From Geosiphon pyriformis uo1 (lineage: Eukaryota > Fungi > Glomeromycota), in contig JAAOMT010000134.1 of NCBI GenBank assembly GCA_016748015.1, positions 688,757 to 752,756 of the forward strand: a stretch of 64,000 bases of DNA, written 5' to 3'. The position numbers and the translations under genes were made by a program. Positions 1 to 13,599 of the stretch are shown in pieces (position 1 is the stretch's first letter; every line of letters begins with the position of its first letter). Under the pieces are notes generated by a model that was given only the letters and a program-made list of their open reading frames with translations, searched no databases and had not been told where the DNA came from.

Positions 1-2700
1 CTTAAACTTCTAATAATTTTTGTTTGTTTATTTATAAACACTATTTATTTAAATATTTATGAGATTATTTAACTTAACTAAAATTATAACTGCTTTGTAA
101 TTGATATTAAAAAAGTCAGATATAAAATTAATTTTACAATTTATGATTACAAATAACAAATTTTTATTTATAAAAATATAGTTAATAACTTTTTTAACTT
201 TTTTCAAGTTGTTTTAAGTAAAAGTCTTAGTCAAAAAATATTTATTAAATAAATTGACCAAACTCAAGTCTAAACAAAACTTGAAACTTGCATTTTTTTT
301 AGATCTATTCTTATTGAAATCTTTACCCAAAACCATAAAAAAACTAAAATTAACTATTTTAACAATAAAAATATTAATTTTTAATACTTAATCAAACCTA
401 GCTTTAGTGAAAACACTAATATACAAACTTAAAACTATAACTAAAAGTTTATTTTTAAACAAAAAATAGATTAAAATAAGTTGATCTGAAATCTTTTTTA
501 CTTTTAAAATATATTAAGTCAGAAAATTATTCATAATAATAGTTATATTAACATTATAAAATTTTTTATCCAAACCAGAAATAAAAAACTAAATTCCATT
601 AAACTTGTTATAATTTATGACTTAATATTAAACTTTAACTTTGTATCTGTAATAATTAAAACCATGTTGTCAGATTTCACATACCAATAAACAATGTCTT
701 TTTGCTTAGTTAAATTATTTATGTTTTTAATATTACATATAACTACTTTCTAAATAAGATTAATTATTAAAATAATAAATGTACTTAAAAATCTGAATTA
801 GTACACAATTGATTTAATTTTATTAAAACAAAAACAATAAATATTTCATAAGCAATAATTTTTAATTTTAAACTATTTATTTTGGTGGTTAAAATTTTAA
901 AACTGCTTATATCTAAATCTAAATTCTTATTTATTACTATTAAAAACTAAGAAAATAACACTTATAAATTGTTTAAAACCATATTTGAATTCAAATTCAA
1001 ATTTAAAACTACCAAATTAATCAAGACAAAAGATAGAAAAATAAGAGTTAGAAGTACTAATTTTAAACTGCTTAGTTTGTATACAATATTAAATACTTAA
1101 TTAGTTAGCAATTCCAGAAACTATTTCAATAAAACCAACTAAATATTAACAGAAAATTTTTTTTGAAAAATAAAAAAAAATTCATTAAATTGTAAAGCAC
1201 TAAAACAATAGAAACCAGAGAAAAAAACAAAATAAAAATTAGCAGAAATAACAACCAAAAAAATTATTTGTGCTTAAAATTTGCCATTAAAAGCAACAAA
1301 TTAAGAAATAAAAACATTTTTTTTAACATAAAAGCAAAAATAATTGAAGACAATTATTATTTAAAACAAACTTTTTATAAATTTTTTTTAAAGTAAAAAC
1401 AAAAGAAATCTTAGAATTATACTTAAAAAAGAAGTATTTAAAACATTCATATTTTTTATATTAAATCAAGTCCAATTTAGCTTATAAAAGTTTTATTTTA
1501 CTAAAAATTGGTTTTATACAAAGACAAATTTCAGATTTTTCTTAAATTCAAAACCAATCACAGTACAATAAACTTTATTATCAATTTTAAATAATTAATT
1601 AATTACATATGTTTTCTTATTAGCATTTTTTAATAAAGCACTTAAATTATAAATTGCCATTTTTATAAACAATATAAACAGAAATACTCTAAGCTAATTT
1701 TTTAATATCTAAACATCATGATTTTTTATAGTTTGGCTATATATATTAAATTTTTTTTGATTAAAAATAATTATCTTAATATTAGCAAATTAGTTTAATT
1801 TGATTTGGCAAATTTTACTACAGCTTTTTATTATAATTTAATAAGTTATAATTGAATTAATATTATTTGATCAAACTTAAAATAAGCTGTGACAATTATT
1901 TTTTTTGGCATATCTATAGAAATATTTTTAATAATTACAGTTTGATTCAAACAAAATTTTTGTTTTTTAAAATCACTATTTATTTTAATGTTTTTTTTTG
2001 TTAATAAAACAGCTTTTTTTATGCTCTTTTCTAATGTAAATATTAATTTAATTATATATTTAAATTTTAAGAAAATAGTAATTTCCTTAAAATTATTGAC
2101 TAATAAAAATAATTTTTTGATTAATTATGTTTTTGCTGTTGTTAATTTGTTTTTTACTGCTAGAAAATTAATGTTTAAAACAAAAAAATTTTTAATAGCT
2201 ACTTCTACTTAAGTTTTTACAATTTTGAGATCAATTTATTTTCTGTTCAAGAAAATATTAAGAGAAGATAGAAAAAGTTTAATATTTTCTTCTATTTTAA
2301 AATTAAAAAAACCAAAAAAAAATCATAATTTATATTAATATTCATTCTTTTAGTTTTAGAAATAATAACAGTTAAATTCAAAAGAAACTTATTATTAATA
2401 CCAACCAGAATACTACTGTTTTCATTATTACTAAACTTACTATTTATATTTAAATATATACTACTAAGATTAAACTTGATTAGAAAAATATTTTTATTAT
2501 TATTTAAGTATTTAATATTATTAAAAATAACTTTTTTTTTAAGAAAAAAAACCATCAGCAGAATCATAAAAAATTTTTTTGAACATTTTTTTCTTAAACA
2601 AATTACTACTTAAAACAGTTTCTAAGTCTATAACAAAAAGATTATTTGTTTGAAAAATATTAAAAGAAAATAACAAAAAAAACAAAAAAAACATGTTTTT
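1..2700 (-). mobile_element. Hypermutated non-LTR retrotransposon (LINE) relic: ORF1 with CCHC knuckle ghost, then start of ORF2 AP-endonuclease; runs off the left edge
   Basis: The minus frame from ~767 reads IINLI*KVVICNIKNINNLTKQKDIVYWY..IITDTKLK, which back-mutates to the APE start W-K-V-x-T-C-N-V-x-G...ETKL. 1460-1419 reads YKKYECFKYFFFKY (CX2CX4HX4C spacing). A largely intact but stop-ridden reading frame covers ~2270-1400. Extreme AT content. Confidence 0.75.
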
Positions 2701-3294
2701 TGAGGAATTTTAAATATAAAAGAAAAAAAAAGTTTTAATTATACTTATATATTATATAAATAAGATTATTAATTAAATAATAAGTAATAAAAATAAAAAT
2801 AATATAAATTTTGTTTAATAACAATAAATATGAAAAAAGATACAAAAAATAGTTTATTATTAATTTGCTATTGAACTTTTTATAATAAAAATAATTACAC
2901 TAAAACTGATTTTAATTAATTACATAAAAAGAACTTTAAATAAAAACTTTTAATTAAAGCCAAAATAATGTTTTTTTAACAGTTAAAATCTGTTTAATGT
3001 CTTTTATATTAAAAAAAATAGTTTAAAAAAATGCTATTTATTTACTTTTATTTTTAAAAAAATTTGTTTTTTTATTATTTTTTGCTTTAAATATAATTAT
3101 AAAAATATAAAAAAAATAGAGTTTTTAAAATTTTTTAATATATATTTATATAAAATTACAATATTTTTAAAATTTAATATTATTGTTTTATATATATTGT
3201 TTTTTTCTGTTTTTTTATATATTATAGTATTTGTATTGTTGTTTTAAATAATACTATTTTAAATATTATTATTTATATTATTATTATTTTATAA

Positions 3295-3330
<36 letters not shown>

Positions 3331-4514
3331 TATTATGTTTTAACAAAGTGTAATTCTATCAATGTTTAAATTATTTATTATTATTAGTAAACAAACAATT
3401 AAAATTAAATTAAAAATCAAACAATAAATCAAATCAAATCAAATATTTATATAATTAAAAAATCATATTTAATATTTTATTTGAATTTTACAAAAATAAT
3501 TAAAAATCATAAATAATAATAAATTATTTTAATTATTTTTTTATTTTTTATTTTTTCAATTAACTAATATTATATTTTTTTATTTATATTATAAATTAAT
3601 TTATAATATAAAATATATTAATAATATATATACATATAATTTAAAGTGTAGTTTAATATACACATATTCTGTTTTGAACACTGGTAATGCTTTTTTTATA
3701 CACATAACCAGCCATCCGAATTATAAGTATGTTATTTGATTTAATTAATTAACTAATATTTTTGTATTTTTTAAAATCTTAAAGTATAAAATATATTTGT
3801 ATATTGTTTTTAAATCTTTAATTAAAAATCGTATAAAAATATCAATTTATTTATCATACAACCACTTTGGATTTGGCTATCATAAAATTTTACGCTTTTT
3901 GATTATTTAACTGTTTATTCATTATGTAACACAATTCGCTAGTTTTATTTATTGGGGTAAGAAACAATTGGATATTTAATATAACCCAAATCCTAAAAAT
4001 AAAATGACTATTTTGAATATAAGATTTTGAATTAAAAACTACTTAAATTACATAAATAAGGTTACGGATTCAAAAAGCTATGAAGATGTAACATTATCGT
4101 CACCCTTACAGAACCCTTTTATAGAATCGCTCAAAGCAAGGTAAATCTAATCGGCTAAAATCAGCATTCCCAATGATTAACTTTCAAGGGTAGATACTAT
4201 CAATTGCGCACCTTCTTAAAACTAGAACACTTTAAAAGTTTTGTCATCACAACGTTTTTACACAACCAACCCTTTATCTTTTTGTCACTATTTTTTTATT
4301 CTTTTGCAGCCTGCTCTTTGAGTGAAAACGAGACAAATTTGCATAGTAAAACACTAGAGGGCTTGGGTGTGTGAGAAAGACGGTTACACTTTGAGATAAA
4401 TAGCTGGGTCTTAGTTTTGAGACTTGGATCATTTATTTTTTTTGAGGACTTTACTAAAAAAAATATATAAGTTCTTTGTTTTGCTTTTATTCTGTAAACT
4501 TTTTTTTGAAAAAT

Positions 4515-7208
4515 ATGGCGCTGGATCGAGCAAAGAAAGTTGTGAACGAGAAACATGAACGTATATTGCTTGAAATGACCAAACAGCCAGGGAACGACAC
4601 GTGTGCGGATTGTGGCATTAAAGGTGTGTGTCTATTGATATTTACAAAAGCATGGAGGCTTTTATCTCTCTGAAAGTTGGAATTTTTTGGACGGATTTTT
4701 TTTCAAATTTGGTTACCATGTTTTGTCTGACCATTGAATAGTTTTTTTGACGGGTGTTTTTTCTTTCATTGTCAGCACCACGTTGGGCATCGCATAATCT
4801 TGGGGTATTTTTGTGTATCCGATGTGGAAGCATCCATCGTAAAATGGGAACACATATAACTAAAGTGAAATCGATCTCTTTGGATTCGTGGACCTCGGAG
4901 CAAGTTGAGGTATGGTCGAACTTGAGATTCTTGGATCGTTTGAAAATTTGTGGCAATCAATTTAAATTCCTCATTAATTCAATGTTAATTTTCTCTGTAT
5001 TTCTTGATTTTTGCGGTTAGAATATGAAACAATGGGGAAATCTAAAAGCTAATGCAAAATGGAATCCACGTCCGGAAGTTAATCCTGTTCCAGTTGATGC
5101 TTCTGATGGGTTAGAAACTCATTTTTTTTCCGTTTTCTTTTTGAGGTTTTCAATCTAAATTTAAAATCTTTGTGATTTACAAACTAAAAGTGAAATGGAG
5201 CGTTATATTAGGAATAAGTACGAGAGGAAATCGTTTATGGATGGAAAGGTTTGAATTCAAAATCGTTGATACTATTTTCTTTAGAAAATGTTAACCTATA
5301 TATCTATCGATGTAAACTTTAGCCAATTCATATGAAAAGTTCATCATCATTATCATCCTCTCGCTCTACAACTGCTTCAATACTGTCACCAGCAAAACGG
5401 GCAGAACCAGTCGTTACGTATTCTGATCGAAATGATAAAGGAACCCATGATAATGCTTTACGCAAACTTTTAGATATGGGGTTCACAGATATGACTAGAA
5501 ATCGAGATGTATTATCAACCACAAATGGAGACCTTAATGCCGCGATCGAGATTCTATGTAGGCTACCATCTGGTGGTGGTGGTAGTAGTAGTAGTAGTAG
5601 TAATAGTGGGGGTGGGGCTTCTGCTTCCTCATCTCCAGCAAAGCCTCCGACTAGCTTAAAATTAAGTCGCAGATCAACTGTAACCGACGATGAAAAATTA
5701 ACCGCCATTTGGAATATGGGATTTCATGATGAATCAAAAAATCGTGATGCATTACGACGAACTGGTGGGAATGTTGAAGTTGCAGCTGCACTATTAAACG
5801 ATGAACGATCAAAGCCATCCATAACCGAATCTGCTGTGAGTGTTTTCGCGCCGAAATTGAATAGCTCAAATGACGTAATAAACGGAACTCCGCAGCAAGA
5901 TCAACAACGGAGGCAGCATAAATTGCCTTTAACACAAAAGCAATCGCAGGCCTCACTTATTACTGATGGTATTACCAGCTCACCTCAGAGTTCCCCCCAA
6001 TTAATCACGAAGCAAATCAATTCTGGAAATCCGGGTGGACTTGATCAAGGAACTAACAATCTTTATGGTTTGTGGAATCAAATTTACAAATAAGATTTAT
6101 GTTAGCTTAAAAATCAAATAACCTGCAAATTTCTACAGGTTTGACTTTGCAACAACACCATCTTCAACAGTTACAGAATCAACAGAATCAACAGCAGCAA
6201 TTTCAACAGTTACAAAATCAACAGCAACAGCAACAACAAATTCAACTTCAACAGCAGCAGCAACAACAACAACAACAACAACAACAACTTCAGCAGCAAC
6301 AAACACAACAATTATTACAACAACAACTTCAGCAGCAACAAACACTTCAACAAAACAGATTTGATAAAAATTCAATACTATCTTTATATAACAATAATTC
6401 AAGGCAAAACTCAATATCATCCAGTTCTAGTGCTTTAAGTGGAATCAGTAGCGCTTCTCAATTCGGTAGTACCCCTGTCACTCAAAATCAATTTGGTCAA
6501 GTTCAATTTGATAGCCAATCATCACAACCGAATTTCTCTTCGTTTGGGAACATGCCTGTAAATGGCCTTGGAAACAATGGATTTGCAAGTCAAATCACTA
6601 CTCTACAAAATGGTTATGGTACGAATTCAGGTGGATTCAATAGGTCAAATCAAGGACTCACCACGCCGGTTTTAAATCCGACAACAGTCGCTATGAACAA
6701 TTCAAATACGGTAAGCATTTGAAATTCTTAATACTATTCTCCTTTAAAACTTTTTTTGATTCATGATTTTCACATTTAGTCGATCGGTTTGGAGAATTAT
6801 TTAATTAGTCTGGGAAATGGGCCACAACGACAAGATTCACGACCTTTTGCCAATACAACATCAATAGTAGGGACCCGATCGGGGAACACGACACCTTTTG
6901 CCGAATTGGTGAATTCTTTCGGTAACCTGGGAATGGGGACACCAACGCGTCAACCCTCATCATCATCTGGGTTCTTTGATGTACAACAACAGCAACGACA
7001 AACATCACTTCCAGTATACGGTGTTCCCACCCAACAAAACACTACATTTTCAAGTACCCAGACGAATCTGAATTTTCAACAAATTTCACCTGGTCCCGGT
7101 TTTGGTAGTACGCTAAATCAAACAGCGAATCCTCCAGTAGCAGCTAATAAATTTTTTCCGGGAACTGGCATGGGTGGAAACATCAACCATAATTGGTGGC
7201 ATGAATAA
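4515..7208 (+). CDS. ArfGAP-domain protein with two UBA domains and a polyQ/low-complexity tail (Gts1/Ucp3/SMAP-like), multi-exon
   Basis: Spliced exons give [44 protein letters not shown] and [12 protein letters not shown] motifs LLDMGF..AAIEIL and IWNMGF..AAALL. Q-rich exon at ~6140-6710. Confidence 0.92.
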
Positions 7209-7870
7209 CTTTTAATTTTTATTGACTTTAAAAATTAACCTTAAACTATGGGATATATTCTTTTTGAATGGAGGATGTTGCACCCTTTTATCTAGATTTT
7301 GTGATAGAAATGCAAAAACAGACACTTCTGAAGATCCATCCAACTTTTTGGTTTATATAAAAAGGCAGAATATTTGATGTATTCACTTGCCGATTGGTAT
7401 TTTGTACACATAATTTATAAATATATACCATAATTACACATTGTCACTAGATTTTTTTAATATAGAATTTGAAATTTTGGTTTTTATTAAAATGTGTAGA
7501 GGTCTAAATTATTTTTGAATAGGTCAATAATAAAACATGTTATAGTGATCTTAAGATGAATGGGGTATCTGAGATTACAAGGGTTATATAATGTTAATTC
7601 CCAAATTCAATCAGTGTTAAAACCCCTGAACAAGATTTCCTATCCCAAAGTTTGGGACCCATTTTTTTCTCAATACAATAATACAACACTGTTGGCCTTG
7701 ACTCTCGAATTCTCAAGAACCTGACCTAAATCCTCTAACTAGAAATATTATCAGTGTGCTTTTCAATTATACCTTGCAGAACTTGCACTCACGGATTCAC
7801 AAAACTAAAACACTTGGACTTTTTCGTTAGTCGCAAAACTCACTATTATAAACGTTTTGGTAACTGTTAA

Positions 7871-10800
7871 ATGAGTAAATTTAACAAGAAAGGAAGCCAA
7901 AAGAACCCAAAGATTTCAGCAAATACCAAAGGACCTGCTATAGAGTTTGGAAATGATATAAGACATTTACCGGCTCAAAGCCTTAACACAACTGATTCCG
8001 TGACAGATACGAGGCCAGTAAAGAGAATTCGTCTATTCGTGAAGTCCAGAGAGACGACTAGCCCAGCTGATGATAACGGTGAAGGTTCATCAAGAGGTAC
8101 CTTGAACAATCATGTATCGCGATCGTTATCCGTTCCCGGAAATCAAGCAAATATCGATAAAACAAGCAAGAGCACTGTCGAAGCCGTTCAATCACAAGAT
8201 CGGAATAGGGAAGAAAAAAATAATGTGACTTCTGCCCCACTTAATGCCCATGCCGCCACTCCAAGGCCTAGATTGCGGCTAAAATTTAATATGGCCTCGA
8301 CTATCACCCCAACTGAAACCAAGAAAACTAAAAAGTCCCACAAAAGGAAAAAAATGATGACTTCGGATGATGAAGCTGATGAAAAACGACTCGACCAGCC
8401 TTCTAAAAAGAGATCAAGAAATTCCAACGTTGAGATCAACCAAAAAGACGTGAATCTAGAAGACATTAATCTTAATCACTCTTCAACACCAGAGTTGAAT
8501 ATCGAAATGGAGCAAATCAAACGTAGAGAAAAGGAATATAAAAAAGGAATAGAGAAGGCTAACTCAAAGGAAAAAGGTAAAGGGAAACTTGTAGAAAGAC
8601 AAGAAGTACCTACAAAAGAAGGTGATGGAAAATCTGCCGCACGACAAAAGGGACATGGAGAAGAAGGGCATAAAATACAAGAGGTAATTTCACAGGTTGA
8701 AGGAGTGGTGACTCGACGCAAGGCCGCTGCTGTCATATCTTCTTTAAGCTCTTCATCGACTCAAGGAAGTCCCGAAATACAGACCATAGGACCACTAAAA
8801 TCTGCCAAAAGATCTAAACATACATCATCAAAATCCAAACCCGAGCTTGGGAACAGCGTTAAGGATAATTACCATCCATCTGATGCTGTTAGAAAACCAA
8901 AAGATGAACTATTGAACTCAGCCAATAAGACTGAGTCAACACCATTGGCAACTAAAGCAAAATCCGAAATCGCTAAGAACGATGATAATCCCCCCCTATC
9001 CAATACCAATGGAAAATTCAAAGATCATCCATTGTTGAAATCAAGCGGTGGAAAAACTCCTGCATCTCGTAGTATAAGTTCTCCAGTCGCTGATAAGACC
9101 CGACACCTACCAAGTCCAGGCATGCGAAAGATCGCTGTTCCAAGAAGGAAGCCAGTTCCAGCTCCTCCTAAGAAAACAGAGCTTAGAACCATACTTCTGC
9201 GACTCATGGACAGTTTCGAAAGGTATAAATTCATCATGCAATTTACATGATTATACTACATTATTTTCATTATCCCTCAAACTCATCCTTTATTCTTGAT
9301 AACAGGAAAGATCCATATGCGTTTTTCTTGGAACCTGTCGACACTACAGTAGTTACAGATTACTTGGATCACATCAAGAATCCCATGGATTTTACCACAA
9401 TGAGACACAAAATTGACGATCAGATTTATAAAAATATCGATAGCTTCAAGGTAAGCGTGAAAATGAATAATGAACGAATAAAATTCCAAGATGTAGCGTT
9501 TTACTAATCGATTTCCACATGTTAAATTTTTTTGCAGGTGGATTTGAGCCTTATATGTAACAACTGCATGACTTATAACGCTCCGTCCACCCAATACTAC
9601 AAAACTGCTGAAAAGCTTTTAAGGTTCGGTGAAAAGGCAATTGAACGTGAACGGAATTCTATCTTAAAGGAGGAAGCGAAGATTCAGGAATATCTAAAAA
9701 ATGAGGAGGCCAAGAAAAAATATCAAGATCAAACTGAGGGTATAGGTCGTAATCAAGAAAATGGCGAACTCACTGCCTTATCCAGTATCGTATGTACTTT
9801 GATGCTACTCTATTGGATTTTGTTCTTGATGGTTATCAAAAACGAATGATAATAATTTTCTGATGCAGAACAAACGAGGTAAAGGTAAACTGGTTAATTC
9901 AGCTACCTCGGATGCTCCAAAACCAGGGAGGAAAAGAAGACGAACCCCTAATAAATTTGAACTTGATGGCTCTCTTCGGCCACGTATGTTCTTTCTCCCC
10001 CCTCCCTATTTCTAGCATTTTTCTGCTTTTAAAATCGAAACTCATTACATGTTTCATTTTTAGTTCCAGACCACAACGAAATAATATTTGATGAATCTTC
10101 ATTTGCGGAAACACCCCTTCTAACTGTTATTGGAAATTATGGGGGTGTTAATCCAAAACGATTTGGTAAGCCTTGGCAAATTCTTTTATTTTCTAAATTT
10201 AGTCACCTATCAAAAAGTGATTATAAATATGATGTAGTATTCATGGGTTTTTTTTCTTCTATCCAATCTTGTCCCTTCATAAATCCAGCAACATTCCCTG
10301 ATTATGGACCAACTGCCACCCTTGGGTCTGAACGTCTTATTCCGTTGGAGAACAGCGAAAACTACCATATGCGGAATCTCTTAGGCGATCATGGGATGGC
10401 TTACACAAGAAGCCTAAAAGACTTTATTAAAGACATGGACGAAGATGTAAATCAGAAAGCAGACGAAATTCTAGACGAGGTTTCTCTAGGAGCTTTCAGT
10501 ATCGACAAGATGGTTACCCATTTCCTTGCCTCCGAAAGCACCACTCGAGGAAATAGCGTCGTAAATACTTGTATGGGTTTCGTTGATGTCGCGCGTGAAA
10601 TTGACAAAATAAGAGCACGACAACGGGAAGAGGAATTGCAAAAACAAATCTCCGAAGCCTTAATGGACTTGAACTTCTTGGGGAAAAGCCAAAACATGGC
10701 TAATACGATGGCACCTCCAATTTGTGACACAATCAGTAAATTGCTGGCCAAAAATTTGGCCTCGTTTAAACAGTTGTTCCGCGCTCAGGAGGAGGGGAAT

Positions 10801-11610
10801 ATTGGTGGAATACAACATGTTGGTGAGTAAAAATTATATTAGTTTTTTTTCGGAGCTGTTTCTGAATTAAAGTTTTAGTGGACGATACTCGGGAAAGTTT
10901 GGCCCAAGTTGTTGCCGTAACAAACGTGACATCTTATCAACCTCGACCTGCAACTGTTCCGCCCTCTGGTGCTCATGTTCAACAGGTGAGAAATCTTCTG
11001 TTGCAGTTCATAGTCCATTTTTATCAACATTTTAGTTCTTACATGTATGGAAATCCTTTCAATAGCAAATGATTCACTCGCCCGTATTTCCCCTTGCTCA
11101 CTCGCAAGCCCCAGCTGTGGGCGTTGGTCCTAACATGTTGCTGGCACCAACGACCTTTGGTTTCGGTACTAATCAGCTGTCCAGTAACAGCCACGCTCGT
11201 CTTCCCCCTACCTCAGTGGTTAGGCCGGCGAGGCAAAGGGCACATCGTGGTAAGCAATAATTTTTCGGAGGTTCTGAAAAGATTGTTTTAATTGAAAGTT
11301 TTATTCTAACTTTTAATCTTGATAATTAGGGGGAGCACGATGTGCCAATTGCCAGACCACGGATACCCCGGGATGGAGAGCTGGTGAAACCCCAGAGCAA
11401 AAGCTCTGTAACGGTATGTTTCATTTATTTCGAATTGATTTGAAATTCCCACCAACATTAATAAATAAAAATTGTTTTTTCTCCTTAAAACAGCTTGCGG
11501 CTTGTATTTTGCCAAAAACAGGACGCACCGTCCGTCCAACCTTTGGACCCACCGTAATTAAGTGGCGTTGCTGTACGGCCTGTTGTGGCAAAGGAGGCGT
11601 TGGCCATTGA
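7871..11610 (+). CDS. Bromodomain protein (BRD7/BRD9-like) with C-terminal GATA-type zinc finger, multi-exon
   Basis: Bromodomain KDPYAFFLEPVD..DYLDHIKNPMDFTTM..DLSLICNNCMTYNAPSTQYYKTA. Downstream FELDGS and FPDYGP motifs. Final exons give CANCQTTDTPGWRAGETPEQKLCNACGLY (CX2CX18CX2C). The exact 3' end is less certain. Confidence 0.85.
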
Positions 11611-11882
11611 TGGTTGAGATGAAATAAAATTTATTACATTAAAAAATTTTGTAATATGGGTATACTGTAAAAAAACCAGACAAAGTGAACATTTGACTAT
11701 ATGAGTTAAAAATGGCTGATGTAGCAAAAAAAAATTGGCTAGAGTGACTGATTCTATTTAGCTTTGATTTTTAGCATTAGTGGCATATGTCTGAATTCAT
11801 GGATACATTAATTTGGTATCATTTTTCATATAAGCCTATTTCTATATAAAAAATATAAATATGAAACTAATTTACATCCACT

Positions 11883-12113
11883 ATGGAACCAAAGAATTAC
11901 AGCACTATTAGAAGCATTCTAAAAAAAGAACAGGGTGAAAAGATTGTTCCATACATTTTTAAAATGAATGATACCCAAACACTTTAGGTATATCTAGATA
12001 AAGAAAAAATTGCTTATGAAATTTATCAAGAACGAAAAATACAAAGCAATAAACCAGCATTAACGCTTACGTATGATGAATCAAGAAAGAAACGAAAAAT
12101 TGAAGAAACGTAA
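11883..12113 (+). pseudogene. Short ORF inside the left TIR (MEPKNYSTIR...SRKKRKIEET), one internal TAG; decayed mirror copy in the right TIR
   Basis: ATG at 11883, TAG at 11985-11987, NLS-like KKRK. A homologous, more mutated copy lies on the - strand at ~15920-15690. Confidence 0.5.
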
Positions 12114-12727
12114 ATAAATTTAACGTAAATGCTTTCCACCAAGGCCTCCACTGATCAAGCGACCTATCAACGAAAAATTGTTTCTTATAGTTGATAAAGG
12201 ACTGCTTGAAGCCATTCGTTGAGCCTTGATTCGCATTTCACTGTTTTGATACGATTATAACCAAAGAGTCAAATAACGTAACAATAATTTTGATTTTTGT
12301 AGACACAATTTTATTATCTTTAATTATAGAATGCGATCGCTCTTGAAACATAATTAATGATAAAAGCACCAGAGTGATTGCATGGGAGGAAAATACTCGG
12401 ACCCAAAGCCATTAATGAGTATAACCTATTCTGGTAAAACCTATACTAAACTTCATTATTATTTTATAGTGACTGGTTATGCAACATAACATTTTATACT
12501 CTGTGTAGATATTTGATCAACTGTTAACACATATACACAAACTGTATCGCATACAATTTTTATACATATAAAGAAATAGGAATCACGGAATCAACTCGAG
12601 AAAGAATTGTGGATCATTTTAAAATATGTTAGGTATTACGACAACCATATGTATTTATTCAAACTTCGAGAATTGAATGAAAAACTTTGCCTATCCGAAT
12701 ATTTTTTAGATTAGAAAATACCCATCA

Positions 12728-13590
12728 TTAATTAAAGAGAAATAATCGATGAATTTTAATTTTGGATTTCTTTACATTCTCATGATCTGGTAACCAAATC
12801 CAATCACGAATTTTTGGTACAATTATACCGTCGACTGATTTGGATAACCTTAGTTTATTAATTACTCCTGTTTGAATTTCGAGCTCGCTCTGGAAATTAA
12901 ATATGAATGTTATATTGAAGTTCATATAATATCAAATGTACGTATTCAGCATACTTTAAAATGCCTACCACGAGAATATAAAGACCTCCAAAAAATCTGT
13001 CACATCAATGAATCCAAATGGTAGTGTTGCAGATTTGATCTGCGAAACTTTGTAAACATGCTTATTTATAAAGCATAATTTACTATACGTTAACCGGTCA
13101 CCTAATAAATATTTCCATGTAAGATTTATGTGTTAAAATAAGTAAATGAATGACTTATGAGTGCAGTAAATAAATTACCAATGCTTTGAATTATGAATGT
13201 GCATAACTGCTTCGATTTTTCTGCGCTTTTGTCCAAGTAATTTCATAATAAGGAAACAAGACCAAATACAGCTTCTTTCAAAAGCTTCTCTGAATCTTTG
13301 TTCACATGTTTTGAATCTATGTTTTCGGGACCACCTGATACTTCGATAAAAATAACAGCCTTGTTGCTCGAATTTCGTACTCCCAAACCATCAGCTTGGT
13401 TTATAGATAAATCAAACTTGGGAAATATCTTCTTCACTTCCCTCATGCAATCCAATTCAACTTCAATCCAATGAAATTTGTATTCACTATATACCGATTG
13501 AATTGCTTTGAACAGCGAACAATCCTTTCGACGATATATGTACGTTCACCAATGTCTCTTTTTTAAAGGACCTTTCTTTGCCATAAAATA
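12728..13590 (-). pseudogene. PD-(D/E)XK/REase-like (Crinkler-associated type) nuclease-fold pseudogene carried inside the TIR element
   Basis: Motifs ERTY..., QADGLG..IFIEVSGGP..HVNKDSEKL, IQSIG|DRLT, SATLPFGF. In-frame TGA at 13243-13245, frameshifts, and a GT-AG intron near 13100-13180. Confidence 0.6.
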
Positions 13591-13599
13591 ACTAATCGA

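Noticed and set aside
1988-2567. Short I/K/N/F-rich ORFs
   Set aside because: By-products of the AT-erased LINE relic, not functional genes.
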